Assembly: GCA_963720315.1 (NCBI GenBank)
Contig: CAVRFC010000002.1
Coordinates: forward strand, 22,252-86,251
Reading direction: 5' to 3'
DNA from: an uncultured Chloroflexia bacterium
GTDB taxonomy: Bacteria > Chloroflexota > Limnocylindria > Limnocylindrales > CSP1-4
DNA: 64,000 bases
Shown: piece by piece, positions 8,813 through 18,533 of the stretch
Position numbering within the stretch: the first letter of the stretch is position 1
How the letters are laid out: each line of letters begins with the position of its first letter
Notes under the pieces: model-generated
Seen by the model: the letters and a program-made list of their open reading frames with translations, nothing else
What the model was told of the DNA's origin: nothing
Database searches by the model: none
Program-made: the position numbers and the translations under genes

Positions 8813-9865
8813 TCATTGCTGAACCGGGGACTGAGGGCATTGGGGCGTCGGACAGCCCGAGACCGTGACCGTGAACGGCGCCGACGAGCTTGCTCGTAGG
8901 CCTTCGTCGGCGGGCTTCAGGAAGTAGCCCCGCCACTCGTACGTGGCGCTCGGGGTGACCCTGAGCTGATACGTCCCCGAGAACACCGCCGACGCCGGCA
9001 TCGTTGCGACCGTCGTCCAGGACGAGGAACCTGGCGAGCGCCGCTCCAGCACGACCTTCCGCTCCGAGACGAAATTCGCTCGGAGCCGTTCGTATCCGGC
9101 GAGATCCTTGACGCGGACCGTCGCGGTGAATGTCACCGTGTCGCCGATCCGGATCGAGGTGTCCGTGACCGCCAGCGAGAGCGCCGTCGCCACGTCGAGG
9201 CACGTCGAGTACTTCCGGGCGGAGTTGACCATGTCGTAGCGAAGCTGGAGCTTTGCCGCGTCGCATCGGCCGAATTTGTCGGCATCCCAGCCGGCCTTCG
9301 GCCGCGCCCTGCTGATCGTCTGGACAACCGCATCGAGGTAGTCGGACTCGTCGGCGAAGTTGACGTGGTGGCCGAGCCCGAGGACGTGGCCGAACTCGTC
9401 GAGCGCGACGTTCTCCACGTCGTAACAACCGTTTGTGATCGTCGATTGGAGCTGGCACCACTGGAGGCGGCCCCAATCGAACTGCCAGCCATGGGTTCGA
9501 AATGCGACGCGGAAGCTGTCCGGCGCATTCCAGCCGTCCGCGCACGCCAGCCCATTCACGCCGCAGAACACGTTCGCGCCGTACTCGACGGTCGACGCCC
9601 CACCCGCCGCGTACGCGATCGTCGGCGCACGGGACGCGACCGAGGCCGCCGCCCCCGCGGCGGCCGCGACCACCGCCTCGCGCATCTTGAGGGGCGGGAC
9701 CTCGCCTTCCTTCCAGCGGAACTGGAGGACGTCATCTGCCGCGAAGAGCGGCCACGCGATTGGCGGGTCGGGGGAGTGAGCGGTGGCGAGTGACACGGCC
9801 TGGAGAGCCAGCGACCCGGCTAGGACCGCCGAGGCCGCGCGACGAAGAACATGGCGCGTGGTCAT
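8813..9865 (-). CDS. Secreted metzincin-like zinc metalloprotease with a C-terminal beta-sandwich-like domain
   Basis: Signal peptide (AVLAGSLALQAVSLATA). Motif ALDEFGHVLGLGHH resembles HExxHxxGxxH, but Asp replaces the first His. ATGA overlap with the upstream gene. Confidence 0.65.
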   Translation of the reverse strand: MTTRHVLRRAASAVLAGSLALQAVSLATAHSPDPPIAWPLFAADDVLQFRWKEGEVPPLKMREAVVAAAAGAAASVASRAPTIAYAAGGASTVEYGANVFCGVNGLACADGWNAPDSFRVAFRTHGWQFDWGRLQWCQLQSTITNGCYDVENVALDEFGHVLGLGHHVNFADESDYLDAVVQTISRARPKAGWDADKFGRCDAAKLQLRYDMVNSARKYSTCLDVATALSLAVTDTSIRIGDTVTFTATVRVKDLAGYERLRANFVSERKVVLERRSPGSSSWTTVATMPASAVFSGTYQLRVTPSATYEWRGYFLKPADEGLRASSSAPFTVTVSGCPTPQCPQSPVQQ

Positions 9866-11029
9866 CGGACGACCTCCGCGGCGGTGAGTCGCCGACCGTC
9901 GGCGAGCTTGATGAACGTGGCGGGCAGGAGGGCACGCGACGGACGGCTGCCCCGGGAGAGCGCGATTACCCCGGCCGGGAGCTCGATTGCGGCCAGCGCC
10001 CGATCAGCGCCGGGAACGAGCCGCAGCCCCTTCTCGAGCGGCATCGTCCGAAGGGCAGTTCCGTCGAGGCGAACTACACGAAGGTGGCCACGCGCGGTGT
10101 AGTCCTCGAAGGCGACGACGCCGGCCCTCTCAACGAACGACGTCACGGCAAGACCCGCGAGGGTGGCGATGCCCCGGACACGGCCCGTCCGCAGGTCCAT
10201 TGCAACGATGTCGCACGGCAGACCCGGACAGCCGCCGTAGGCCACGAGGTCGTCGCCGACCAGGCCGATGACCTCCCCGATCCGCTGATCGTCAACCGTC
10301 GCGACCCGGCCACTGGCCCGATCGAGAATCCGGACGAGGCAGGCCGCCTCGCCGCACGAGGTCACCACCAGTCGCCGTCCGTCTGTGCTCCATGACAGCC
10401 CGGTGGCGAAGACGCGGCCAATTCGGTCATTCGGGACGAGCGGCTCGAGCAGCCGCGTCGGCTTCGTGCCGTCCGCTCGACCTGCTCCAGACGCCGAGGT
10501 CCGCTCGGGTCGCGCGGTCGAGGCGGAACTCGACGATCCCGCCGCCCTCGGCATCGAAGACCGCGCGCCTGATCAGCTCGCGACCCTCGTGGACGACGGC
10601 CGCGCATCGCCGGTCTACATCGATGATCCGGACCAGGGATCGCCGGCCGTCGTCGCTGCCGACGAGGATTCGCCCGCCGGATGGCCCCGATGCGAACGAC
10701 TCGACACGGAGGGGCAATTCGAAGCCGCCCCGGCGTCCCACCTGGCCAACGACCAGGAGCTGGCCGTCGAGATCGCCCGCGGCGTCCAGGATCGGGTCGA
10801 GCCGATACCACGTGGCCCCTCGCAGCCTCGCGCCCTCGCCGACCTCGGCCTGCGCACCCGGGCGACACGTCGGGAGCGCTGCTGTGCCCGGTGCAGAGCG
10901 GATCGGCGCGCGGCCGACCATGTGCGATCGGGCGGCGGGCCCGGCAAGGGCCGGGGCAACGATGACGATGACGGCGGCAGCGGCGAGCAACGGCGGACCC
11001 AGGGTGTCGATCCTGCGGCGCAGGCTCAT
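9862..11029 (-). pseudogene. Secreted beta-propeller-like (TolB/WD40-like) protein, one frameshift near 10480
   Basis: ORFs 10427..11029 and 9862..10554 join as ...RADLGVWS / ADGTKPTRLLEPLVPNDRIG.... N-terminal signal/TM segment. Repeated motifs of the type 'SxDGRRLVV...ILD...G'. Confidence 0.5.
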
Positions 11030-11164
11030 GCGGACTACCTCCTCCGGCGGGCACGTGCTTGGCGGGAGGAGGGCGAGGCCGCCATGGTCGCAGTCGGCCC
11101 TTATCCGCGGCTTATCTGAGCGTCACGAAGCGCCCGACGCTGACCTCCGGATGGGCTGTGCTAC

Positions 11165-11300
11165 GCTCCGGCGATAACGAACGACGCCGCGTGGTCGCGA
11201 AGCCGGTGCAATTCCGGCACAGTCCCGCTACGGTGATCGCCGCTCCTCCGGGAGTTGCGTAAGTCCGGTCGCCGGCCCCGCGGTTGATGCTCACCTTCGA
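11165..11300 (+). promoter_or_regulatory. Cobalamin (B12) riboswitch aptamer
   Basis: The core GAAGCCGGTGCAATTCCGGCACAGTCCCGCTACGGTGA (11199..11236) matches the conserved cobalamin-riboswitch core. A B12-box-like AAGTCCGGTCGCCGGCC lies at 11261..11277. The element is upstream of a btuF-like gene. Boundaries are approximate. Confidence 0.7.
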
Positions 11301-11336
11301 GAGAAAGGGCAGGCAACCATGCGACTGACCGGCTGA

Positions 11337-11382
11337 CGAGCACCCTCCTTCGATGTCGAAGCGAGGGGCTCGCGATTCTTCC
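11337..11382 (+). terminator. Hairpin plus U-containing tail in the riboswitch expression platform (candidate attenuator terminator)
   Basis: About 15 bp imperfect GC-rich stem (11337..11352 pairs with 11357..11372, loop ATGT), followed by CGATTCTTCC. Confidence 0.4.
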
Positions 11383-11419
11383 GCCCTCGCGCCCTCACCC
11401 GATACCACCGGAGTGACCC

Positions 11420-12503
11420 TTGGACGCATCGTTCGTTCCCCAATCCGTACGCCGGCACGGCCAACGCGGCCGTCTCAGCGCCGGCCTGGCCGTCATCTCG
11501 CTTGCGGTCGCCGCCTGCTCCGGCGGGCCCGGCGCAACACCGACCATCCCGCCGGACGCCACCGGGTCTACCCAGCCCGCGACGACGGCGACTCCGATGC
11601 CGTCGGCCTCCGCGGCGACGTTCCCCGTCAGCCTGACCGACGACGAAGGCACGAAGGTCGAGCTCCCCGCCGAGCCGACGAAGATCGTGTCGCTGACCCC
11701 GGCCGCGACCGAGACGCTGTTCGCCCTCGGTGTCGGCGACAGGATCGTCGGCAAGGTCGAGGATCTCAGCCTCTATCCGCCCGAGGCCGCCGCCATTCCC
11801 GACGTCGCGAAATTCGGCGAGGTCGATGTCGAGAAGATCGTCAGCCTCGAAGCGGACCTCGTCATCGCCGGCGGCAACAACTTCAACCCACCCGACAAGA
11901 TCGCTCAGCTTCGTGAGCTCGAGCGTCCCGGTCATCGTCCTGTATGCGCCCGACATCGAGACCGTGTTCAACGACATCGAGCTCATGGGCGTCGCGGTCG
12001 GGCGCCTGGACGAGGCGAAGGACCTGACCACCTCGATGCGGGCCGGCTTCGACCAGGTGGCGGCGGCGACAAGCACACTCGCGAAGCCGCGGGTCTTCTA
12101 CGAGCTTGACGCGACCCGCGAGATCTATACCGCGGCCGACGACTCGTTCCTGGCCAAGATGATCGAGCTCGCCGGCGGGCAGCCGATCACGACCGGCAGC
12201 ACGACGAGCTTCGAGATTCCGCTCGAAACGCTCGTGACCGCCGACCCGGAGGTCATTCTCCTGGGCGACGCGGCTTACGGCGTCACGGCCGACGCCGTTG
12301 GGGCGCGACCGGGCTGGAACGTCATGACCGCAGTCAAGGACGGGCAGATCCGGCCCGTCGATGATGTCGTCATCACGCGACCCGGCCCGCGTCTCGTCGA
12401 GGGCCTCAAGCTGCTCGCCGTGGCAATCCATCCCGAGGCCGATATCCCGGGCGCGCCGTCGTCGGCTGAGTCGCCGTCCCCGGCGGCGTCGGCTGCGCCG
12501 TAG
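11420..12503 (+). pseudogene. btuF: Periplasmic-binding-protein family lipoprotein (BtuF/FecB-like), one frameshift near 11915..11925
   Basis: Lipobox LAVISLAVAAC. ...IVSLTPAATETLFALGVGDRIVG...DVEKIVSLEADLVIAGG in one frame continues as VPVIVLYAPD...TADPEVILLGD... in track ORF 11730..12503. Confidence 0.75.
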
Positions 12504-12513
12504 TCGCCGGCGG

Positions 12514-13593
12514 ATGACGACCGACGGCGCACTCGCGTCCCGGCGACCAACGGTCGCCTGGATCGGGCGCGCCCGTCGGCGTCCCTTACTCCTCGGGGTC
12601 GGGGGGATCGTCGCCCTCGGGGTCGCGCTGGTGCTCGGCGTCGGGCTGGGCACCGTCGCGATCTCGCCCGCGGACACGATCGGAATCCTCGCCGAGCGGC
12701 TGCTCGGGATCCAGGTCGAACGTGCCTGGTCCCCGGCGACGGAGACGATCGTCTGGGACCTCCGCCTGCCGCGGGTCCTCACCTCGATGGTGGTCGGGGC
12801 GGGGCTCGCGGTCGCCGGGACCACCTTCCAGGGCCTGCTGCGCAACCCGCTCGCCGATCCCTACGTGCTCGGGACCGCGTCCGGCGCGGCACTCGGGGCG
12901 GCCATCGCGGTCGTGATCCCGATTCGCCTGGCGTTCCTCGGCTTCGGGCTCGTCCACGTTCTGGCCTTCGTCGGCGCCCTTGTTGCCGTGTTCACCGTCT
13001 ACCGTCTGTCGCGGATCAATGGCCTGTCGCCGCTGACCTCGCTCCTGCTCACGGGCTACGCGGTCGGTTCGCTGCTGGCCGCCGGCCTCGCAATGGCGAT
13101 GTACCTCTCCGGCGCGGCGCTCCGCCAGATCTTCTCGTATCTGCTCGGCGGCTTCGACACGTCGTCCTGGAGCCAGCTCGCCGGCGCGGTGCCGCTGGTC
13201 GCGATCGGTTCTGTCCTCATCCTCTTCCGGGCTCGCGCGCTCAACGGGCTCCTGCTCGGCGAGGAGGCAGCCGTCCATCTCGGCGTCGACGTCCGGCGGG
13301 AGCGGGTGATCCTCCTCTCCCTCGCCTCGCTCGTCACCGCCGCAGCCGTCGCCGTCAGCGGACTGATCGGCTTCGTGGGGCTGGTGGTGCCGCACGTCGT
13401 ACGGCTCATCGTCGGCCCGAATGCCCGCGTCGTCCTGCCGCTGTCTGCGCTCGGCGGAGCAGGGCTCCTTGCGTTCGCGGACCTCGCCGCTCGGCTCCTT
13501 GGCGAGATCCCGGTCGGGGTCGTGACCGCGGTCATCGGCGCCCCGTTCTTCCTGTTCCTCCTGCGCCGATCGCGGAGCGGGTACGAGCTGTGA
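12514..13593 (+). CDS. btuC: FecCD-family ABC permease (BtuC-like)
   Basis: Typical FecCD sequence (IVWDLRLPRVLTSMVVGAGLAVAGTTFQGLLRNPLADPYVLG...). ATG at 12514 is in frame with track ORF 12361..13593. Confidence 0.85.
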   Translation: MTTDGALASRRPTVAWIGRARRRPLLLGVGGIVALGVALVLGVGLGTVAISPADTIGILAERLLGIQVERAWSPATETIVWDLRLPRVLTSMVVGAGLAVAGTTFQGLLRNPLADPYVLGTASGAALGAAIAVVIPIRLAFLGFGLVHVLAFVGALVAVFTVYRLSRINGLSPLTSLLLTGYAVGSLLAAGLAMAMYLSGAALRQIFSYLLGGFDTSSWSQLAGAVPLVAIGSVLILFRARALNGLLLGEEAAVHLGVDVRRERVILLSLASLVTAAAVAVSGLIGFVGLVVPHVVRLIVGPNARVVLPLSALGGAGLLAFADLAARLLGEIPVGVVTAVIGAPFFLFLLRRSRSGYEL

Positions 13594-14351
13594 TCGAGCT
13601 GCGCGACGTCACCGTCGAGTACCGCGGCCGGGCCGTGGTCCGCGGCGTCGATCTCGACATCGCGGCGGGGGAGCGGGTCGCCCTCATCGGCCCGAACGGT
13701 GCCGGCAAGTCGACGCTCCTGCGCGTCCTGACGGGGCTGGTGGAGCCTTCCGCCGGTCGGGCATCGCTCGGCGGCATCGCCATCGACGAGTTGGATCGCG
13801 GGGCGATCGCCCGTCGGCTGGCGGTGGTTCCGCAGCAAGCGACGTTGCCGTTCGCGACGCGGGTCGAGGAGGTCGTCGCGCTCGGCCGGCTGCCGCACGA
13901 GGATCCGTTCCGGGGCGCCAGACCGGCCGATCGGGCCGCCATCGCGGCGGCGATCGAGCGAGTCGGGGTGGGGCACCTCCTCGGGCGCGACGCCCGCGAG
14001 CTGTCGCTTGGGGAACGACAGCTCGTCCTGCTCGCGCTGGCCGTCGCCCAGGCCGCTCCGGTGCTCGTCCTCGACGAGCCGACGGTCCACCTCGACCTCC
14101 GCCACCAGGTCGGAACCATGGAGCTGCTCGTCGATCTCAACGTGCGCGACGGCACAACGATCCTCGCGGTCCTTCACGACCTGGGGCTGGCGGCGATCTT
14201 CTTCCCGCGGCTCGTCCTCATCGACGCCGGCAGGATCGTCGCGGACGGGTCGCCGGCGGAGGTCCTCACGCCCGACCGGATCCGGGACGTCTTCGGGGTC
14301 GACCCATCGATCGTCAGGCTGCCGGCCGCGATCACCGAACGTCAAAGCTGA
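13590..14351 (+). CDS. btuD: ABC ATP-binding protein (BtuD/FepC-like)
   Basis: Walker A GPNGAGKST, signature LSLGERQ, Walker B LVLDEPT. GTGA overlap with the permease stop. Confidence 0.9.
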   Translation: MIELRDVTVEYRGRAVVRGVDLDIAAGERVALIGPNGAGKSTLLRVLTGLVEPSAGRASLGGIAIDELDRGAIARRLAVVPQQATLPFATRVEEVVALGRLPHEDPFRGARPADRAAIAAAIERVGVGHLLGRDARELSLGERQLVLLALAVAQAAPVLVLDEPTVHLDLRHQVGTMELLVDLNVRDGTTILAVLHDLGLAAIFFPRLVLIDAGRIVADGSPAEVLTPDRIRDVFGVDPSIVRLPAAITERQS

Positions 14352-14383
14352 CGACGAGGCCCGCCGACCGCTACCCTGCCCAG

Positions 14384-15052
14384 ATGCGTCTGCCCCGATT
14401 TGCTTCCCCGCTCATCTGCGCACTCATGGCCGCAGTCCTCGTCGGTTGCCTTCCCGAGTCCCGTCCGTCGGCCACTCCCGAGGAACCGACCGGAACCCCC
14501 GGATCGAGCCCCACCGAGTCCGTCCCCATGCCGGAACCTTCTCTCCCGGCCGAGTCGAGCGACGAGCCACTGGCGACGCCGACGCCGTCGTCGAGCGTCG
14601 ATCCGTCGCCCTCAGCATCCGCCGGCTCGGGCGCAGCCGCGGATTGCTCAGGGTCGGACGACAACCGGCTGTTCTTCGCCGATGCCGCCGTAGTGCTCGA
14701 CTGGACGGTCTACTGTGCCGTTCTCCCGTCGGGCTGGTTCGTCGACACCGGTGGTTACCGACGGGCCGGCGAGGGCCGGCTGGAGATCGCCTACCGCGGC
14801 CCAGGCGGGGCCCGTCTCGAGCTCCGGGAGGGCGGCTTCTGCACGGATGGCAGCGGCTGCGTGCCGAGCGGTACGGAATCCGGGGATGCGCCATTCGGCG
14901 ACAGGACGGGGACGCTCATCGCCACCGACGACGGCGGCTGGGCTGTCGTAGTCGACCGCGGCGCGGCGATCAGCTGGCTCGCCGTCGGCTCCGGGATCGA
15001 CGAGGATGCGTTCCGCGCGATCACCGCTGCACTCGCCGCCGTCGACGGCTGA
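14384..15052 (+). CDS. Hypothetical lipoprotein
   Basis: Lipobox LMAAVLVGC, a P/S/T/E-rich linker, then a roughly 130-aa domain with no family I recognise. Confidence 0.5.
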   Translation: MRLPRFASPLICALMAAVLVGCLPESRPSATPEEPTGTPGSSPTESVPMPEPSLPAESSDEPLATPTPSSSVDPSPSASAGSGAAADCSGSDDNRLFFADAAVVLDWTVYCAVLPSGWFVDTGGYRRAGEGRLEIAYRGPGGARLELREGGFCTDGSGCVPSGTESGDAPFGDRTGTLIATDDGGWAVVVDRGAAISWLAVGSGIDEDAFRAITAALAAVDG

Positions 15053-15086
15053 CGTACACGCCTGAACCGGTCCGACACATCGACCC

Positions 15087-16229
15087 ATGCGGATCGCCGA
15101 CTTCGCCCTCGAGCGCTACTTCGCCCGCTGGGAGTTCGCCGTTGGGCACCTCCTTTGCGCGTCGGATGTCGAGGGCTACGGCATGGCCGACCTCCTTGCC
15201 CTCGCCGATGATGAAACCCGCGGGTTGTGGGAGGACCTCCGGCTCGGCTACACGGAGTCGACCGGTCATCCGCTCCTCCGGGCCGAGATCGCGGAGCTGT
15301 ACCGCGGGATCGAGCCGGACGACGTTCTCACCTTCGCCGGCGCCGAGGAGGCGATCTTCTGCCTATCGAACGTGCTCCTCGGGCCCGGCGACCACGCCGT
15401 CGTTACGTGGCCCGGCTACCAGAGCCTGTACGAGGTCGGTCGCGCCGCCGGAGCTGAGGTCACGCTCCACGAGCTGCGCGAGGACCAGCGCTGGGGCCTC
15501 GACGTCGAGCGGCTGATCGGCGCCCTGCGGCCGGAGACGCGCCTCGTCGTCGTCAACGCGCCCCACAACCCAACGGGAATGCTGCCGACTCACGCCCAGT
15601 GGGCACGGCTCTCCGATGCCCTGGCCGACCGCAAGATCCACCTCCTCGCCGACGAGGTCTACCGCTTCCTGGAGCTCGACGAAGCAGACAGGCTGGTCGC
15701 CGGCGCGGATGCGTTCCCGCGCGGCATCTCGCTTGGCGTCATGTCGAAGTCGTTCGCGATGGCCGGGCTGCGCATCGGCTGGCTCGCGACGAAGGACCGC
15801 GACCTCCTCGCCCGCTGCGCGGCGTTCAAGGACTACACGACGATCTGCTCGGCCGCGCCGTCGGAGATCCTCGCTCTCATCGGCCTGCGGGCGCGCGAGC
15901 AGGTCCTCGGCCGATCGCTCCGGATCGTCGCCGACAACCTTGGCCTCCTCGACGACTTCTTCCGGCGGCACGCCGAGCGCTTCGCCTGGGTCCGCCCGCG
16001 GGGCGGCTCTGTCGCGTTCCCGCGGCTGCTCGACGCGACCCCGATCGACGACTTCGCCGCGCAGCTGGTCGAGGCGGAGGGAGTCCTCCTGCTGCCGGGA
16101 TCGCAGTTCGGCTACCCAGGAAACCACTTCCGGATCGGCTTCGGGCGAAAGAACCTGCCGGAGGCGCTCGCGCGGCTGGACGCGTACCTCCGCGGCCGGC
16201 CTGACTCTCAGTCAACAGCCAGCGGCTGA
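15087..16229 (+). CDS. Class I/II PLP-dependent aminotransferase
   Basis: NAPHNPTG and the PLP-lysine region SKSFAMAGLRIGW. 380 aa. Confidence 0.8.
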   Translation: MRIADFALERYFARWEFAVGHLLCASDVEGYGMADLLALADDETRGLWEDLRLGYTESTGHPLLRAEIAELYRGIEPDDVLTFAGAEEAIFCLSNVLLGPGDHAVVTWPGYQSLYEVGRAAGAEVTLHELREDQRWGLDVERLIGALRPETRLVVVNAPHNPTGMLPTHAQWARLSDALADRKIHLLADEVYRFLELDEADRLVAGADAFPRGISLGVMSKSFAMAGLRIGWLATKDRDLLARCAAFKDYTTICSAAPSEILALIGLRAREQVLGRSLRIVADNLGLLDDFFRRHAERFAWVRPRGGSVAFPRLLDATPIDDFAAQLVEAEGVLLLPGSQFGYPGNHFRIGFGRKNLPEALARLDAYLRGRPDSQSTASG

Positions 16230-16404
16230 ATCTGAGACCGCGGGCTCGAGGATCGATACTCGCGCCAAGATCGTGACCCAGGGTCCCAGGACCTTGCCCG
16301 AAGACACAACGTTCGGGACGTTCCGCACTGTTCTGTTGACTCCGGCGCACGTTGGGAGCGTTCGGGCTGGCGCCCGATGGCTGCAGACCGATACTCTCTG
16401 CCGC

Positions 16405-16710
16405 ATGCCCGAATGGATCTACTTCATCCATCCGCCCCGAGAGAACTTCGCGGCAACGATGACCGACGAGGAGAACGCGATCTGGGCCCTCCACTTCGAG
16501 CGATTCCAGCGGCTGCTTGCGGAGGGCACGCTCATCCTGGTTGGCCCGACCCTCGGGCCGACGAACACCGGGATCACGATCCTCGAGGCCCCTGACGAGG
16601 ATTCGGCTCGGCGGATCATGGAGGAGGACCCGGTCATTGCCGGCGGCTACGCCCGCGGCGAGCTGCGGCCATTCCGTGTCTCGCTCATGCGCGGCCGCGA
16701 CGACGGCTAG
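16405..16710 (+). CDS. YciI-like protein
   Basis: MPEWIYFIHPPRENFAATMTDEE...LAEGTLILVGPT...EEDPVIAGG is typical of the YciI family. ATG 16405 is in frame with the long track ORF 15616..16710, whose upstream part is antisense/overlap noise. Confidence 0.65.
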   Translation: MPEWIYFIHPPRENFAATMTDEENAIWALHFERFQRLLAEGTLILVGPTLGPTNTGITILEAPDEDSARRIMEEDPVIAGGYARGELRPFRVSLMRGRDDG

Positions 16711-16780
16711 ACGCGCGTATTGCGGCGGGCCATGATGATCCCGTGCCGGCGCCGCCGAGCCATTGAGGGATTCGTGGACG

Positions 16781-17626
16781 ATGGACATCCAGCTTGGGTC
16801 GGAGCGGATCTTCGCGCTCGAGGATCGACTGGGCGCTGAAGAGGTCCGGCAGCGCGCCATGGATAGGCGCTCGCACGCGTTCGGCAGCGGTCTCGGCTCG
16901 CTCCTGCAGCGTCCCAAGGCCGACGACATCGAGCTCCTTGGCAGTCAGCGCCGGCTTGAGCCGTTCTGGCATGTCGCTTGTCGCGGCACATACGTCTATG
17001 AGCGGACGCGCGACTACGCGGTCAAGGCGAGCGCGCCGGAGGTGCGAGAGGTCACGATCCTCGGGACGAACTACCCGGTTGCCGAAACCGGTCCCGCGGC
17101 CCGGACGTTCACGATCTCGGCGCTGGAGCACTGTCGCGATGAGTTTGTCCACGAGACGCACGCCGATGGCGCGACCGGTGCCCGCGTTGCCGACGCCGCC
17201 GCCGCGATGAGCGGCGCGAAGCACGAGGTCACCGATCCGGCCACGCTCACCTCCGAGGGCACGATCGTCGTCCCGCCCCAGCACCGAGCCTCATATGTCG
17301 TCCGGCAGGTGCTGGCTGAGATGATGAAGCCGGTCCAGGCGGATCGGATGATCGAGGAATCCCTCGTCCTCGAGAACACCGACCTCTACTACCGGCCGAT
17401 CTGGGCGTTCGAGTTCCACTGGCGACCGAAGGACAAACGCGGCGTGGTGGAGATCGACGCGCTCACCGGCGAGGTGCGCCAGGGCGACTCGCTCATGCCG
17501 CAACTCTCGAAGATGATCACCCGCGACGCGCTCTTCGATATCGGTGCCGACACCGTCGGCCTGCTCGTCCCCGGCGGGAGCATTGCGGTCAAGGTCGCCC
17601 GCGCAGCCCTCGACAAGTCCTACTGA
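16781..17626 (+). CDS. Conserved hypothetical protein, C-terminal PepSY-like segment
   Basis: Intact ORF (track start TTG 16763, ATG 16781 preferred). ...DLYYRPIWAFEFHWRPKDKRGVVEIDALTGEV resembles a PepSY-type motif. No other recognisable family. Confidence 0.45.
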   Translation: MDIQLGSERIFALEDRLGAEEVRQRAMDRRSHAFGSGLGSLLQRPKADDIELLGSQRRLEPFWHVACRGTYVYERTRDYAVKASAPEVREVTILGTNYPVAETGPAARTFTISALEHCRDEFVHETHADGATGARVADAAAAMSGAKHEVTDPATLTSEGTIVVPPQHRASYVVRQVLAEMMKPVQADRMIEESLVLENTDLYYRPIWAFEFHWRPKDKRGVVEIDALTGEVRQGDSLMPQLSKMITRDALFDIGADTVGLLVPGGSIAVKVARAALDKSY

Positions 17627-17642
17627 GGGCGCGGCGCGCCCG

Positions 17643-18532
17643 ATGAACCGGCCAGGTCGTCTCGCGGTCGCCGCCGTCGTCGCGGCGACGGCGATCGGCT
17701 GCAGCGTCGCGGCGAGTGGTCCGCCGCCAGATACGACAATGCCGCCTCCGTCCGAATCGGACGCTGGGCCATCGCCGTCTCCATCCGCGTCCCTGGGGTC
17801 GCCTTCCGCGTCCGCCACGGCCGTTGCCGGACCCGAGGCTCCGATCGCCGCGGCGTCCTGGCTTCTCGATCAGTCGTCCGCCCGGTTCGACGTCAGCGTC
17901 GATCTGTTCAAGCCCGGGCTCCCGGACGAGACGACGGCCCTGGGATCGGGCACTGTCGACCCGGCCGGCGATCGGGGGACGATGCGCTGGGACCTCTTTC
18001 CGGAAGACAGCCGCCTGACGTTCGAGCCGTTCGACATCGCCTGGGATCCGGACGACTACTGGGTGGCGACTGAGCCCGACGGAGGCAAGCGGACGTGGCG
18101 GCACACGACGCGCGACGCGGCACCCGAAATGGCAACGATCGGCCGGGTCAATGAGGAGCCCCTGGCGCTCCTGCGACTCGCCGCCGCGGCCGAACCCGCG
18201 ACGATCCAGCGGCTGCCGGATAGCGTCCTCGACGGCGTCCCCTCCCCGCCGAACGCTGGCTGATTCCCGTGCCGGCAGACCGGGCGCGCGAGGCGTGGGT
18301 CCCGCCGGACACCTATCTCGGGTTCGAGACGATCTTCGGCCTCGATGAGCTTCCGATCGAGGTCTGGCTCGTCGATGGGCGGATCGCCCGAGTCGGATAT
18401 GTCCTAGAGCGGGAGAAGGCACCGTACGGCGGCCCGGATCGCAACGAGACCTGGTATGCCTGGTCGGCTTTCGGGGAGCCGATCCAACTCGCGATCCCGC
18501 CGCAGGGGACGATCGAAGAGGTCGGGAGCTGA
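17643..18532 (+). pseudogene. Hypothetical lipoprotein, one frameshift near 18245
   Basis: Lipobox AATAIGC. Track ORF 17544..18263 ends in ...LDGVPSPPNAG*. The other frame reads ...ERWLIPVPADRAREAWVPPDTYLG... with no stop between them. The shift lies in a C-run. Confidence 0.5.
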
Positions 18533-18533
18533 G

